From NCBI GenBank assembly GCA_002269645.1, contig NIVC01001467.1:1-20639 (forward strand): a stretch of 20,639 nt of DNA. Reading direction: 5' to 3'. Both the position numbers and the translations under genes were made by a program. Source of the stretch: Macrostomum lignano (taxonomy: Eukaryota). The notes under the pieces were generated by a model. That model was not told where the DNA came from. It saw only the letters and a program-made list of their open reading frames with translations, and did no database searches. Below are positions 19,690-20,639 of this stretch, piece after piece (within the stretch, counting starts at the first letter, position 1; every line of letters begins with the position of its first letter).

Positions 19690-20410
19690 CAGATGTCCAC
19701 TATATTCCCGTCCAATGTCCACTAATTTGACATTACAAATGTTGAATAGATTCCATCACATCACAATGTCCACTAGATTCCATCGCATCACAATGTCCAC
19801 TAGATTCCATCACAATGTCCACTAGATTCCATCACATCACAATGTCCACTAGATTACATCACATCACAATGTCCACAGATTCTATCGCATCACAATGTCC
19901 TCTAGATTTCATCGCATCACAATGTCCACTAGATTCCATCACATCACAATGTCCACAGATTCTATCGCATCACAATGTCCACTAGCTTCCATCGCATCAC
20001 AATGTCCACTAGATTCCATCACAATGTTCACTAGCTTCCATCGCATCACAATGTCCACTAGCTTCCATCGCATCACAATGTCCACTAGATTTCATCGCAT
20101 CACAATGTCCACTAGATTTCATCGCATCACACTGTCCACTAGATTCCATCACAATGTCCACTAGATTCCATCACATCACAATGTCCACTAGATTCCATCA
20201 CATCACAATGTCCACTAGATTCCATCACAATGTCCACTAGATTCCATCACATCACAATGTCCACTAGATTCCATCACAATGATCACTAGATAATATCACA
20301 CACAATGAACACTAAATAAAAATTACAATGTCTACTAGATGACTTCTCAATGTCCACTGGATGACTTCACAATGTCTACTAGATGACATCATAATGTCCA
20401 CTAGATGCCA
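19690..20410 (+). repeat. 27/22-bp minisatellite, unit CATCACAATGTCCACTAGATTC(CATC(A/G)), inside a NOC3L intron
   Basis: Directly visible; 27-bp units give the 9-aa ORF repeat MSTRFHRIT; 22-bp units lack one CATCA-like pentamer; both edges degenerate. Confidence 0.95.
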
Positions 20411-20557
20411 TGAAAATTTTGAAAACTCATCAAAACATGTTCACCCGATCAGTTAAAAATGTCCACCAGCTCCATAAAAATGAACCCTATACACTACAGT
20501 CTAGACTCAGTAAATTTCCACAAAAATGACTAACAGCATAACAAACACCCAACTCAC

Positions 20558-20614
20558 ATAGGCCAGTTCCGCTTCGTCTTTCTCTGCACCCGTTTCCGTT
20601 TTCTTCTCCAACCG
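20558..20614 (-). CDS. NOC3L: Probable small NOC3L exon (19 codons, RLEKKTETGAEKDEAELAY); the rest of the gene lies beyond the right edge
   Basis: Acceptor CTTAG|CGG and perfect donor TAT|GTGAGT, phase 0 joins the next exon; LAY|SNRNVAIRCL resembles human KAYKGLAEVAVKSL. The acceptor lacks a pyrimidine tract. Confidence 0.6.
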
Positions 20615-20639
20615 CTAAGTGTTTTTATCCTTAGCAGTC

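Noticed and set aside
18840-20164. Repetitive ORFs (MGYSYSLVA)n, (ILILWLLWD)n and (MSTRFHRIT)n
   Set aside because: Translations of 27-bp intronic minisatellites.

Overview
Eukaryotic (metazoan, probably invertebrate) genomic DNA with GT-AG introns, GC-rich exons, AT-rich spacers and many tandem repeats; no prokaryotic features. The style recalls free-living flatworms such as Macrostomum, but that is only an impression. Left to right: a 1.1-kb 19-bp polypurine minisatellite; an intronless ~813-aa single-pass LRR receptor gene (-) without a TIR domain, split by two single-base deletions; a head-to-head pair of divergent DEG/ENaC (ASIC-like) channel paralogues, one intronless (-, 8210-9867) and one with four introns (+, 10980-~14095), both carrying stops and frameshifts, with a tRNA-derived CORE-type SINE in intron 1 of the + copy and a 20-bp AP-1/ARE palindrome in the shared upstream region; an intact C11orf98-like gene (-); a 1.6-kb 22/23-bp minisatellite; and the last four exons of NOC3L (-), whose three visible introns each hold a different tandem repeat, one of them an array of RFX X-box-like motifs. 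All alignments and counts were done by eye.
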